From an uncultured archaeon (lineage in GTDB: Archaea > Asgardarchaeota > Heimdallarchaeia > Heimdallarchaeales > Kariarchaeaceae), in the NCBI GenBank assembly GCA_964645535.1, contig CAZYCQ010000024.1, positions 18,270 to 43,353 of the forward strand: a stretch of DNA of 25,084 bases, given 5' to 3'. The notes below the pieces were generated by a model. That model ran no database searches. It worked only from the letters and a program-made list of their open reading frames with translations, and had not been told where the DNA came from. Position numbers and translations under genes: made by a program. Of this stretch, positions 9,060 to 17,565 are shown piece by piece (the stretch's first letter is position 1; every line of letters begins with the position of its first letter).

Positions 9060-9434
9060 TCATCGGGTCGAAAAGTTTTGCACATAGAAGTTATACATGG
9101 AATCGCAGGCCTTTCGAACCTGCTCTTCATCAGTTGTCCTTTTGAGAACTTTAATCAGATAGGATGCCAACCCATCAGTCATTTCTCGAACAGATCGAAT
9201 TCTGTCTTCAGGAGTAGACGTTGAAAGCTCGGCGATACTGCGAGAATACCGAACCTGCCAATCTCGAACAGCCTTCCAAATAAAACCCATGGTAGCGAGT
9301 TTGGAGAATGAAAGGTATTGGTTGAGGACATCAGCCATCTGTTCAACAATAGCGCGTTGTTCCGGAGCAAGTTTCAAGCGTTTGAAATCTTCCTCTTCTT
9401 TTGCGATGAGCTCTTGTTTGAAAATCATTGCCAT
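9060..9434 (-). CDS. Hypothetical all-alpha protein (124 aa)
   Basis: ATG-started ORF filling the gap, with amphipathic helical patterning and TTAATTAA 19-26 nt upstream. No family recognised. Confidence 0.75.
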   Translation of the reverse strand: MAMIFKQELIAKEEEDFKRLKLAPEQRAIVEQMADVLNQYLSFSKLATMGFIWKAVRDWQVRYSRSIAELSTSTPEDRIRSVREMTDGLASYLIKVLKRTTDEEQVRKACDSMYNFYVQNFSTR

Positions 9435-9640
9435 AAGCCAAAATAAATTCCCTTAATTAAATGGTTTATATTAAATTTTCTCCGGGTATTGTCACGAAAC
9501 CTGAATGAAGATGAATTTCTTTTTTTTGCATATAGCTTAGATTATGCGCATTAAATGCAAATCTTTGCCAAGGGGATGGGAATCTGATACAATCCCTCCA
9601 AAAAAGTTAATTAAGACAAAAGCAATTTCTCAATAGTATC
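9435..9640. promoter_or_regulatory. Divergent promoter region of the chemosensory locus
   Basis: AT-rich 206-bp gap. TTAATTAA occurs at 9453-9460 and at 9607-9614 (the latter preceded by purine-rich AAAAAG), each at roughly TATA-box distance from a divergent start codon. Confidence 0.55.
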
Positions 9641-10087
9641 ATGTCTTCTCAGCAACAAGTCATTCCGGAAGTGCTGACATTTCACATAGGAGATTTTGTC
9701 ATAGGAGTGGAGATTTCACGTATCGAGCAGGTGATGCTACTCAGAGACAATGTGGTTGAACTTCCAAGAACACCCAAGTTCATATTGGGGGCAATTTCAG
9801 ACGGAGATCGCCTGATTCCGTTGGTTGATCTAGCAACATTTCTGGATTTGAGACCCCCCAAGGAAGAATTCGGTTTGACTTCCAACGCGATTCTTGTGAC
9901 AATGGATCAGTTTGTGTATGGCCTTTATTCTGACGACATTCCCCAAAAGCTTGAGGAAATTCCAGTGAATCCTCAAGGAGAGGTTCCAGAGCAGATCCCG
10001 AAACCGTGGATCCAATCAACCCTTGATATGGATGGACAATCAATCTACCTGATTAATCCAGACCAATTGTGGCAATCCTTACAATGA
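9641..10087 (+). CDS. cheW: Chemotaxis coupling protein CheW (divergent)
   Basis: LTFHIGD..IGVEISRIEQV, LPRTPKFILG, IPLVDLATFL and IYLINPDQL. Confidence 0.88.
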   Translation: MSSQQQVIPEVLTFHIGDFVIGVEISRIEQVMLLRDNVVELPRTPKFILGAISDGDRLIPLVDLATFLDLRPPKEEFGLTSNAILVTMDQFVYGLYSDDIPQKLEEIPVNPQGEVPEQIPKPWIQSTLDMDGQSIYLINPDQLWQSLQ

Positions 10088-10103
10088 TACAGGGGGCACT
10101 TAA

Positions 10104-12080
10104 ATGGTTGAACATGCAGTAATCCCCACAAATCCCAAAATCGCAATTGAAATAGACAGGAACAGTTTTTTTTACCCATATGAAGAAAAGGAAAGCCAAA
10201 TAGTTTCGATACCTTTACTTCCCAAATATGTGTTAGGACTTGTCCAATTGGAAGGGGACATCTGTGTCTGTATTGATACAAAGGAGTTTCTGGCTGCACA
10301 GGACCATAGGAAGGTCAATGTGGAATATGGAATGGAAACTGTTTTGGTCAAGGTTTCAGAAGAGAAGGGGAGAAATTACTTTGCCTTAAAGATACCATTA
10401 CCGGAAGTCATCGACTTTGATGGAAAAGAGATCATGTGGGAACACTTGATTTTGAAAACAAAACCGCTACCCTACCGACCAGCGAATATTGAAGGATTGG
10501 GACCTACATTGGTCATGACAAAGGAAAGTCTTATCCCATTCTTATTGAGTGAATTGGGAGGGCATATGTACAAGAAACTTGATGAAATCATGCCAATGTG
10601 GATTAGGGAACAAGAGGATCTGGCTCGCAACCCACCATTCAGAAACATTCCTTTCAATCTCCCCAGTTTCTATGGAGATCAACAGGGGAAGAGGAAGAAG
10701 AAGGTCACTGTTTTAAGGATAGGCCATCATCTATTTTCTGTTGATGAGGATCTGGTATTGGGGATTGAACCAGTTCCAAAAACGATCACCCCCATACCTC
10801 AAGCACCTTCTTGGATTTTGGGGCTATGGAAGTCCCAATATGAACCAACAGTTGTCATAGATCTCGGCCATCTATTTGACCTGGATTATTCGAAGCAAGT
10901 CAAGGATCAAATGATATTGGTGATCAAGGACAATAACACTACTTTTGCACTTCTCTGTGACGAGGTTACGGGGTCGTTCATTGAAGAGGAATTGGAGAGA
11001 AAAGTCAAACATTCTGAAGATCAATTCAATTTTGCCCCAGTCTCTGCCATATATACATCGACAATGTTTACGGAACCAGTTCTTGGTCTGAACACGAAAT
11101 TCCTGCAAAGCAGCACAATGCTATCTGAAGAACAGATGCAACTTTCCAGCATGGAATGGATAAAGTTGCTGTCTAACCTAAGAAACATTCAGTCAAAGGT
11201 AAAGTATGTGGAAAGATTTGAGGAGATCTTCGAAACGGATGCATTCATAGTACCTCGAGAAAAAGTGGATGTTGTTTTCCAACAAGGGTATGTGTCAGAG
11301 CTTTTTCCAGCTTTCCAAATTGAACGAATTGAAAAAGATGGATTTTTGTTTGCGGGATACAAGAATTTCTGGGTTCCATCACTTCATTTGGAAGAACTTC
11401 TTGGTGGAAAGAAGAATCCGGAAGATGAAATCTATGGAATTTCCGTATTCATCACAGATGGAATTGAATTTATGGAAATCATCACCACAAACGTTGAGTT
11501 GGGGAAATTAGGGAAATTCAATGATTCAAGAGTTGCGATCGAGGGACTGCTGAATAAGTATGAGAACAATGTTATTGCTTCAGCACGAATACTTGGGCAA
11601 CGGCATCAGCTTGAAATAGATCTTCAGCGCATAATGGCGGAGGGATACAGACAGGCTGCGGAAAAATTGGGTCTGAAAGAAGCAGGGTTGGAAGAGATTC
11701 AGGAAGCCATCACCCGTCCTGCACCAGACACCAGCATAGACCTTGCGGAAGAAGGCTTCTTTGAAATTTGGCGGAAGGATGGATTACCATTTTTGGTCAT
11801 TTCAGGGAAGGAAAACACGCGAGCAATTGAATTGAGGAAAATTGAGAAGATTGTCCGTAGTCCAGATGAAGTTGAGGGAGACAAAGAGGTAATACCATGG
11901 GAGGAGGGGCACCCATCGATACCAATGTACGTAATTATAAAGGAAGAGGATATCCCAAAGGCATTTGAAATGCCATTGTCTGCTAAATTAGTGATTCTTT
12001 CCTCAGAAGAGGTTATAAAGGATGAAAAGGATACATACATTGTACTCGAAGGGTCAAATATCCCAGTATTGGAAATGTGA
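10104..12080 (+). CDS. Large multi-CheW-domain protein (658 aa)
   Basis: Two clear CheW signatures (IPLLPKYVLGLVQLEGDICVCID; ITPIPQAPSWILG...VVIDLGHLF...FALLCDEV) and two more degenerate CheW-like segments. Confidence 0.75.
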   Translation: MVEHAVIPTNPKIAIEIDRNSFFYPYEEKESQIVSIPLLPKYVLGLVQLEGDICVCIDTKEFLAAQDHRKVNVEYGMETVLVKVSEEKGRNYFALKIPLPEVIDFDGKEIMWEHLILKTKPLPYRPANIEGLGPTLVMTKESLIPFLLSELGGHMYKKLDEIMPMWIREQEDLARNPPFRNIPFNLPSFYGDQQGKRKKKVTVLRIGHHLFSVDEDLVLGIEPVPKTITPIPQAPSWILGLWKSQYEPTVVIDLGHLFDLDYSKQVKDQMILVIKDNNTTFALLCDEVTGSFIEEELERKVKHSEDQFNFAPVSAIYTSTMFTEPVLGLNTKFLQSSTMLSEEQMQLSSMEWIKLLSNLRNIQSKVKYVERFEEIFETDAFIVPREKVDVVFQQGYVSELFPAFQIERIEKDGFLFAGYKNFWVPSLHLEELLGGKKNPEDEIYGISVFITDGIEFMEIITTNVELGKLGKFNDSRVAIEGLLNKYENNVIASARILGQRHQLEIDLQRIMAEGYRQAAEKLGLKEAGLEEIQEAITRPAPDTSIDLAEEGFFEIWRKDGLPFLVISGKENTRAIELRKIEKIVRSPDEVEGDKEVIPWEEGHPSIPMYVIIKEEDIPKAFEMPLSAKLVILSSEEVIKDEKDTYIVLEGSNIPVLEM

Positions 12081-12089
12081 GGGTTTACC

Positions 12090-12455
12090 ATGCCAAAAGT
12101 AATGATTGTCGACGATTCTAACTTTATGAGATCAAAGCTACGAGCCACGTTGGAAAAAGCAGGATATGAGATTGTTGCAGAAGCATCAAATGGTGCGGAA
12201 GCAGTTGATCTGTATGCAAAACACCAGCCGGACATTGTAACAATGGATATTGTCATGCCGGAACAAAACGGTCTTTTTGCCATCCAAAAGATTGTTGAAT
12301 ATGACAACAATGCGAGAATTGTGGTCATCACAGCATTGGGACATGAACCGATGATACGTAAAGCTCTAAGTTATGGAGCCCTGAATTTCATCATTAAACC
12401 AGTGGAGCCCGAAGAGGTTTTGGAAGTCCTTGATGGGATCATGAGCGAGGCTTGA
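12090..12455 (+). CDS. cheY: Chemotaxis response regulator CheY
   Basis: Stand-alone receiver with VMIVDDS.FMR, phospho-acceptor TMDIVMP, ITA and FIIKP, located between cheW-like genes and cheA. Confidence 0.95.
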   Translation: MPKVMIVDDSNFMRSKLRATLEKAGYEIVAEASNGAEAVDLYAKHQPDIVTMDIVMPEQNGLFAIQKIVEYDNNARIVVITALGHEPMIRKALSYGALNFIIKPVEPEEVLEVLDGIMSEA

Positions 12456-12459
12456 CCAA

Positions 12460-14244
12460 ATGGATGCCGAAGAATGGACACCTTGGTTAGATGACATGGA
12501 AAATCTTCTGGAGACTGGTAAATCGATTGTTTCTGCATTCCAGAAGAAATTAACCAAAAAGAAGCTCACAGATACAAAGAACATGCTACACAGCATGAAA
12601 GGTCTTTTTGACATGATCGGCATGTCAGATTCCGCCAAAGCGATTGCGGAACTTGAGGAAAGGGTCCATAATGAAGGCATAAATCTTACCGATACAACAA
12701 AGAACGGAATTAGTGACCTAATTGAAAAACTGGAAAATTTTCTCCAGTTTATTCGGGAGAACCGTCCTGAAGAAACAAGTGACCTTGAGGGGGTATTAGG
12801 TCTTGAAAGTATTTTCATCCGGACAAGCAAGATCTATAGCATTGAAATTGAGTTCGGTGCGGAAAGAGGTTTGAAATCTGCCAGAGCAATGGGAGTTCTT
12901 AATTCCTTGAAAAGAATGGCAAAAATTAGAAACTCGATTCCAAGTGAAGAAGATCTGATTATGGATGTCAACTTTGAAACACTTAAAGTTGAAGTATCCA
13001 CATTTGAGACGATTGATGACCTATATACTAAATTGCAGAAATTACCCGATGTCATTTCGGTTACGATTGAAGAGAAGATAACTTCCAAATCAACCAAACG
13101 GACAACCTCCCAAACAATTAAAATAGCCACAGATGACCTTTCTACCTTAGAAAAAAGCATCACCTTGTTGAATTCGCAGATAGAGTCCCTGAAAAATGAT
13201 GTTGAAGAAGTTGAAGCGTTATACAAATTAGCGAGTATTGAACGGTCTTTTGCAAACATCGAAAAGGATCTTCAAAAGTTGCGAAAGGTGTCCCTAAATA
13301 CAATCCTCAATCAAATTCCGGCAATGGCACAGAGACTAGCCAAGGCAGAAGGTAAGGAAGTCAATGTTACAGTTCAAGGGAGATATGTAACGATCAACCG
13401 GATATTGGCCAATTCGATTATTGATCCGATTACTCAAATTGTTCGAAATGCCATTGTGCATGGAATTGAATACCCTTCAGACCGACTTGAAAAAGGGAAG
13501 GATGCGGTAGGAACCATTTCCATTATTGGAAAAGCCGAAAGGGGAAGAGTAATTATTGAGATTTCCGATGACGGAAAGGGGTTGGATGAGAAGGCGATTT
13601 TAGAGGTTGCAAAAGCGAGAAAACTAAAGATACCCAAAAAAGCACGCAAATCGGAAATCTACAACCTTATCTTTGAAGAAGGATTTTCAACGCAGAAAGG
13701 TACAAAGAAAGTTGCAGGAAGAGGTTTAGGCCTTTCTGCGGCAAAAGAAAAGATTGAAGGTTTTGGAGGAACTATCCGGGTGACATCAGAACCAGGAAAA
13801 GGAACAACATTCGTGATGGAACTTCCAGACCCGGATTTGCTGACAAAAAACCTCATCGTGAAGGTAAGAGGGCTGTACTATGCCATTCCTTCGTCAGAGG
13901 TTGAATTTGCACTCATTGCCCTTCCCCAAGATTTGGAATTGAAAGATCAAATTTCGGGCACGATTCATTACGAGGAGGAGAAAGTGCCAGTTGTTCTCCT
14001 CCGTAACTTGATCAAAGGAGAGAATGAACCGTTCATCACAGATCTCAAGGAAAAGGAGATTGTTCTTGTCTGTCGAGGAAGGGAAAAGAAGGTCGGTTTG
14101 ATCGTAGATCAGATCGTGGATGAAAGATTATTGAATGTTCAGCCACTGAGCCCACTCCTGCAAAAATTCGAAATATTTGAGGGGGTAATCAGCGGAGTTG
14201 AACAGGACTTGATGTTGGTTGTCAATCCAGCAGCAATTGCATGA
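12460..14244 (+). CDS. cheA: Chemotaxis histidine kinase CheA
   Basis: HPt LHSMKG, a P2-like domain (YSIEIEF...KSARAMGVLNSL), N-box DPITQIVRNAIVHGIE, G1 DDGKG, F-box IFEEGFST, G2 GRGLGL, GKGTTF and a C-terminal CheW-like P5. Confidence 0.95.
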   Translation: MDAEEWTPWLDDMENLLETGKSIVSAFQKKLTKKKLTDTKNMLHSMKGLFDMIGMSDSAKAIAELEERVHNEGINLTDTTKNGISDLIEKLENFLQFIRENRPEETSDLEGVLGLESIFIRTSKIYSIEIEFGAERGLKSARAMGVLNSLKRMAKIRNSIPSEEDLIMDVNFETLKVEVSTFETIDDLYTKLQKLPDVISVTIEEKITSKSTKRTTSQTIKIATDDLSTLEKSITLLNSQIESLKNDVEEVEALYKLASIERSFANIEKDLQKLRKVSLNTILNQIPAMAQRLAKAEGKEVNVTVQGRYVTINRILANSIIDPITQIVRNAIVHGIEYPSDRLEKGKDAVGTISIIGKAERGRVIIEISDDGKGLDEKAILEVAKARKLKIPKKARKSEIYNLIFEEGFSTQKGTKKVAGRGLGLSAAKEKIEGFGGTIRVTSEPGKGTTFVMELPDPDLLTKNLIVKVRGLYYAIPSSEVEFALIALPQDLELKDQISGTIHYEEEKVPVVLLRNLIKGENEPFITDLKEKEIVLVCRGREKKVGLIVDQIVDERLLNVQPLSPLLQKFEIFEGVISGVEQDLMLVVNPAAIA

Positions 14245-14255
14245 GGTGAAGTAGA

Positions 14256-14870
14256 GTGAGTAGTCCATTCGGAGAAAATGAAATTGAAGCATTTAAAGAA
14301 GCAGGAAACATTGGGGCCGGTCATGCAGCAATTGCACTGACAAAACTGTTTGCAAGAGATGTGGACATGAGCATTCCCTTTGTGAGGCATGGAAATACTG
14401 AATCCATATTGGATGAGGCAAAAATAGACAAGGATATGCTTGTTGCCTATGAGGCCTTGTCAATTGATGACCCAGTGAAATACAAGTTATCGGTGTTTTT
14501 TAAACCACAATCGGTATTGAGCATCATCAATCTTCTTACAACCACAAAATTGTCTGAATTGACAGATCCCAGCCAATTAACGAAAATGCAGAAATCGCTT
14601 ATCCAAGAAGTAGGATCTACAATAATACTAAGATACATTGCGGCATTGAACAAAATGATGAGAGTGGACATCGTTCCAAAGCATGCACCAGACATCAAGT
14701 TTGACAAGGCAAAAAAGGCTTTTGACACCCTGTTTACCGATGAGGGAAATGACATTTTCCTTATCCAGCTTGATCTGTTTACGGAAGAACAGAAATTTGA
14801 ATGTCAATTGTTCATTCAGCCCTCTCCAGAAACGATTGAAGAATACCGAAAAGCATTCTACCTAAATTAA
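14256..14870 (+). CDS. cheC: CheY-P phosphatase CheC
   Basis: EAFKEAGNIGAGHAAIALTKL...DMSIP, second repeat SLIQEVGSTI. GAGGTGA ribosome-binding site precedes the GTG. Confidence 0.9.
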   Translation: MSSPFGENEIEAFKEAGNIGAGHAAIALTKLFARDVDMSIPFVRHGNTESILDEAKIDKDMLVAYEALSIDDPVKYKLSVFFKPQSVLSIINLLTTTKLSELTDPSQLTKMQKSLIQEVGSTIILRYIAALNKMMRVDIVPKHAPDIKFDKAKKAFDTLFTDEGNDIFLIQLDLFTEEQKFECQLFIQPSPETIEEYRKAFYLN

Positions 14871-14875
14871 AATCA

Positions 14876-15607
14876 TCATACCTCGGGAGGGCTCAATTTT
14901 TCATAATGTCGATAGAGCTCAATAATTTTCTCAGGAGGAACCCCATACCAACCGGATTCTTTCCGAATTTCTCTCATTATGAGGTCAGTGACATATCTAG
15001 TGACATCAAAATTTTGGTGCATGTCATAATAGTCATCCAACCAAATCGGATTACCCACATACATTCGCACGGGTCGACCCAATCGAGGCATTTTTGCGCC
15101 ATAAGGCCAAAGACCGTCTGTTCCAATCAGTCCCACCGGTACAACAGGACAATGTCCTTCCAAAGCGATTCTTGCAACCCCGGTTTTCCCTTGGAAGCTT
15201 TTACGCCAAGGCAGGATTGCCCCCTCTGGGAAAATCCCAACACAAGCCCCCTGCTTCACAGCCTCAACACTTACTTTCACCACCAAGGATTTGTTTTTTG
15301 ATTTTCTTTCAGGGACTGGAATGGTACCGATGATATCATTTATCTTCCCAAACACGGGGTTTCCCCAAAGGGTTCTTTGCCTTCCAACAAATCGAACACG
15401 GTGGGTATCTACCTCAAGTCCCATGACAAACGCGTCCACAATTGACCCATGATTGGCTGCAATAATGAAACCCTGACCTTTTGGAATCTGATTGAGTTTT
15501 TCTTGTCCGAAACTCTTGACATCATACGTTATGCCCAAAATGGCCTTGAAAATTCCTTTAAGAGCCTGATACATCCATTCAGGGGTTCCATACGTTTGGA
15601 AGGACAT
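14876..15607 (-). CDS. Lysophospholipid acyltransferase (PlsC-like)
   Basis: NHGSIVD (HX4D), FPEG, GKTGVARIA and PVVPVG. The true start is probably ATG 15607 after GGGGAGGA; the longer ORF-track extension overlaps the divergent gene. Confidence 0.9.
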   Translation of the reverse strand: MSFQTYGTPEWMYQALKGIFKAILGITYDVKSFGQEKLNQIPKGQGFIIAANHGSIVDAFVMGLEVDTHRVRFVGRQRTLWGNPVFGKINDIIGTIPVPERKSKNKSLVVKVSVEAVKQGACVGIFPEGAILPWRKSFQGKTGVARIALEGHCPVVPVGLIGTDGLWPYGAKMPRLGRPVRMYVGNPIWLDDYYDMHQNFDVTRYVTDLIMREIRKESGWYGVPPEKIIELYRHYEKLSPPEV

Positions 15608-15709
15608 TATTATCCTCCCCGGGATTTGTTTTTTAAATAATAAATATGGACATTCCAAAAAAAGAAAAGGAAAACACACTTTTTTTATCAATGGACTTAA
15701 GATGGAAAT

Positions 15710-16570
15710 GTGCAAGAAGACCTCTATTTTGCTATTGAAGAACTTATTGGAAGAGGGTTGTACGACAAGGCATTGAAGCTTGCAGAGGACAAGTCTTTGA
15801 ATGATCCGGTTTTTTTTCTTTCCGTCAAATCCCGAATAATGGAGAAAAAGGGAGATTTCCGAAAGGCAATGCAATTTGCGACGGAAGCACTTTCAAATCT
15901 TCCACAGACACATCCTGCAATATGGTTTCCACATTTGGTATATCTTTATGCCATGTGGAGAATGGAAGATTATGAGAATGCCTTGGAACACTTCATGACT
16001 ATCCCGCTCAAAAGCTTTCCCCATCTAATACAGGCAAGGTTCCACAATATTGCAGGTCTATTGTATTGGAGCATAGGAAAGAAAAACCAAAAAGAAGGAC
16101 CAGAACATTACAGAAATGCATTGAAACATCACCAGATAGCCCTAGCACTTCGAAAGGGGAATCCTGTTGAAGAGGCGTTTTCCCTGAACAATATAGCCAA
16201 CACCTTACTGTCATTAGGAAAGGGGGAAAAGGCGATGGAATATTATTCAAAGGCAAAAAAAATACGTGAAGAAAGAGGGAGGACTTCTGAAGTGGCTACC
16301 ACCCTTAGAGATATTGGAAGATGTCTCATGACGATGGGAAGATTTGATGAAGCAAAAAAAACGTTCCTGGAAGTATGGAAAATTCAAAAAAACCTAGGGA
16401 ATCCCAATGATCTCGCAAAAATTTTGCTGAGCTTGGGGGAAGTTGAGAAACGAGTAGGCAATGATCCGAACCCATTTCTTGAAAAGGCAATGAAGTTGGC
16501 AAAAGCAACCGGAAATGAAATTCTTGAAAAGAAGATACGAGAAGTTTTAGGAAAAGATCAAACCGATTGA
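15710..16570 (+). CDS. Tetratricopeptide repeat protein
   Basis: Repeated TPR-like units: ARFHNIAGLLY, AFSLNNIANTLLSLG..EKAMEYY, ATTLRDIGRCL..MGRFDEA and AKILLSLGEV. Confidence 0.85.
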   Translation: MQEDLYFAIEELIGRGLYDKALKLAEDKSLNDPVFFLSVKSRIMEKKGDFRKAMQFATEALSNLPQTHPAIWFPHLVYLYAMWRMEDYENALEHFMTIPLKSFPHLIQARFHNIAGLLYWSIGKKNQKEGPEHYRNALKHHQIALALRKGNPVEEAFSLNNIANTLLSLGKGEKAMEYYSKAKKIREERGRTSEVATTLRDIGRCLMTMGRFDEAKKTFLEVWKIQKNLGNPNDLAKILLSLGEVEKRVGNDPNPFLEKAMKLAKATGNEILEKKIREVLGKDQTD

Positions 16571-17443
16571 GAGCAAAAGGCTGTATATAAGGGAAAGTCG
16601 AGCAGTTCCAGCAAGGGTGGAGTTAAGTTTGGGCAATTTTGTTTCAGTCCACAAGTCCTTTGCTAATTTAATGGCAAATGGAAATGCAAGAATTGGAAGA
16701 AAAATGGCAACGGAATACATTTCAACACTGAAGAGGTAAATTGGAACCAAAAAAGGGGAGAAAATCAGGAATGCATAATAATATCGGGTTCCTGCCTTTC
16801 CCAAAATATGCGAAAAGGTTTTCTTACCAGCTGCCAAATCAAGATCATAGTCACGATAATTGTTGACTACAAGGATAGCGGTAATAAGAAAACCCACGGG
16901 GATTGAGAGAAGAAACACAATGGGGGAAAGGGTTCCAGAAATGACATAATAGGTTCCAGGGATGGCGATCAATCCAAAGAAAATAAATACGAACAGATCT
17001 CCCAAACCAAGGGCACTCAGGGGATAGGGGCCACCACTGTAGAGAATTGCAAAAATAATTGAACTCACACCAATTGCCAAGATTGGCCATCCACCCACGT
17101 AAATTAGATAGAGTCCAATCATTCCGGATATGAAAATATTCACTAGGATACCGATCTGCATTTCTTTTTTTGAGAGCAACCCTGCTTGAAGTGCCCTAGT
17201 TGGTCCGACCCGTTTTTCGTTATCGATTCCTTTTATGAAATCAAAATAATCGTTGGCAAAATTTGATTCAATTTGAAGGGAGATGGCACCCAAAAGAGCC
17301 AAAACGGTGACAAGGAGATTAACAAAACCATCATGGAAGGCAGCTGCGGCGCCTACCAAAACAGGACCCACTGCGGCAAGAAGGGTTTTGGGGCGAGCTG
17401 CAATTATCCAAGCCCTCTTTTTGGAGATGTCGGCAACACTCAT
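16547..17443 (-). CDS. menA: 1,4-dihydroxy-2-naphthoate polyprenyltransferase (MenA, UbiA family)
   Basis: AWIIAARPKTL, NFANDYFDF.KG.D, YSGGPYP..GLGD and NNYRD..D..AGKKT. Start is ATG 17443 or 17464. Confidence 0.93.
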   Translation of the reverse strand: MSVADISKKRAWIIAARPKTLLAAVGPVLVGAAAAFHDGFVNLLVTVLALLGAISLQIESNFANDYFDFIKGIDNEKRVGPTRALQAGLLSKKEMQIGILVNIFISGMIGLYLIYVGGWPILAIGVSSIIFAILYSGGPYPLSALGLGDLFVFIFFGLIAIPGTYYVISGTLSPIVFLLSIPVGFLITAILVVNNYRDYDLDLAAGKKTFSHILGKAGTRYYYAFLIFSPFLVPIYLFSVEMYSVAIFLPILAFPFAIKLAKDLWTETKLPKLNSTLAGTARLSLIYSLLLSIGLIFS

Positions 17444-17565
17444 ATTCTTAACTTTGAATGGCATTTGAAAGACTTTATTATTGAATTCTGAGAGAATACA
17501 AATAATTAGAACATACCCGAATGAAACGTCAAAAAGCTTTTCAAACATAAGATGGAATTCATTAT

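Noticed and set aside
11699-12830. Long antisense ORFs (210 aa and 154 aa) over cheY/cheA
   Set aside because: They are antisense shadows of well-supported genes, with Ser/Ile/Phe-rich composition and no motifs.
15608-15874. N-terminal extension of the acyltransferase ORF (similar extensions on the DUF1572, radical SAM, MenA and MoxR ORFs)
   Set aside because: The extensions cross intergenic or promoter DNA, mostly overlap neighbouring genes, and precede the first family motif. Downstream starts fit better.
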